DNA of 64,000 bases from an uncultured Verrucomicrobiae bacterium (GTDB lineage: Bacteria; Verrucomicrobiota; Verrucomicrobiia; Limisphaerales; UBA11358): assembly GCA_963738225.1 (NCBI GenBank), contig CAVTVR010000007.1, positions 48,018-112,017 of the forward strand, written 5' to 3'. The translations under genes were made by a program, and so were the position numbers. The notes under the pieces are model-generated. The model made no database searches. It had not been told where the DNA came from and was given only the letters and a program-made list of their open reading frames with translations. This document shows, one piece after another, positions 63,584 to 64,000 of the stretch; position 1 is the stretch's first letter, and every line of letters begins with the position of its first letter.

Positions 63584-63862
63584 ATGCAATTAGCGCGCGT
63601 CGAAGGCAACATCGTGGCGACCCGGAAACATCCGAGTCTCAATGCGTGGCGTTTGGTGATCTGCCAGCCGATTGGCAAGAGCGGTGAAACTGAAGGCGCG
63701 CCGATCATTGCAATTGATTCGCACGGCGCAGGCATGCATCAGCAGGTGGTAATTTCGTCGGATGGGATCGCAGCGCGCAAGGCGGTCGGCGTGGACAAAA
63801 GTCCGGTGCGCTGGCTGGTCACCGGCATTGTGGATGAATCCGAACCGGGAAAAAGAATTTGA
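63584..63862 (+). CDS. BMC-P vertex protein (EutN/CcmL family) 2
   Basis: MQLARVEGNIVATRKHPSLNAWRLVICQP...IAIDSHGAGMHQQVVISSDG... Confidence 0.88.
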   Translation: MQLARVEGNIVATRKHPSLNAWRLVICQPIGKSGETEGAPIIAIDSHGAGMHQQVVISSDGIAARKAVGVDKSPVRWLVTGIVDESEPGKRI

Positions 63863-64000
63863 ATGAAACTCGGAACCGTCATCGGTCGCGTGACTTTGAG
63901 CCGCGGCGAGGAATCGCTGAAAGGCGGACGTTTCCTCGTCGTCAGCCCGTTCAGCCGCGAGCAATACGCCGCCGGCCTCGATGCCGGCGCGGGCATGGGC
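63863..64000 (+). CDS. BMC-P vertex protein (EutN/CcmL family) 3, 3' end beyond the window
   Basis: ATG 63863 directly after the previous stop. MKLGTVIGRVTLSRGEESLKGGRFLVVSPF... is open to the window end. Confidence 0.75.
   Translation, partial: MKLGTVIGRVTLSRGEESLKGGRFLVVSPFSREQYAAGLDAGAGMG

Noticed and set aside
1-64000. A search by eye for tRNA, rRNA, tmRNA, riboswitch or CRISPR features in the larger intergenic gaps (5230-5462, 12223-12392, 13361-13529, 37031-37460, 51747-51927, 54070-54173).
   Set aside because: I recognised no cloverleaf-like or otherwise conserved RNA signature. This is a weak negative. tRNAscan-SE and Infernal/Rfam would settle it.

Overview
This is a GC-rich bacterial chromosome segment. 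I saw no rRNA, tRNA or CRISPR array by eye. Gene content and repeat style fit a saccharide-degrading Verrucomicrobiota/Planctomycetota genome (inference only). I can support about 60 protein genes.

Main gene groups:
- Housekeeping: lon, purF, miaB, gnd, lpxI/lpxB, plsY/gpsA, fmt, accD, uppS, purA.
- Glycan catabolism: GH2, GH36, a UxuA-like dehydratase and a xylulokinase.
- A cytochrome-rich respiratory operon at 32.4-37.8 kb (NrfH-like, NrfC-like, NrfD-like and a heptahaem ImcH-like protein, plus two monohaem cytochromes c).
- larE-larC-larB at 38.0-41.2 kb.
- A REP-associated tyrosine transposase with flanking structured repeats at 17.8-18.6 kb.
- A HigBA pair next to an AT-rich orphan gene at 49.1-50.5 kb.
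- A PVM-type bacterial microcompartment (BMC) locus in the last 8.5 kb. It has an extra PduS/PduT-like redox arm and an AT-rich small ORF inside the operon.

Two oddities cut across the window:
- Many hairpin elements have arms built from tandem 7-nt units. They sit in intergenic gaps and also in frame inside conserved enzymes.
- Roughly 30 apparent frameshifts break conserved, often essential genes. They are confined to three blocks and most likely reflect assembly indels rather than decay.

The BMC family itself is already described. The heptamer-array elements and the haem/NrfD operon are the parts I cannot map to anything I know.
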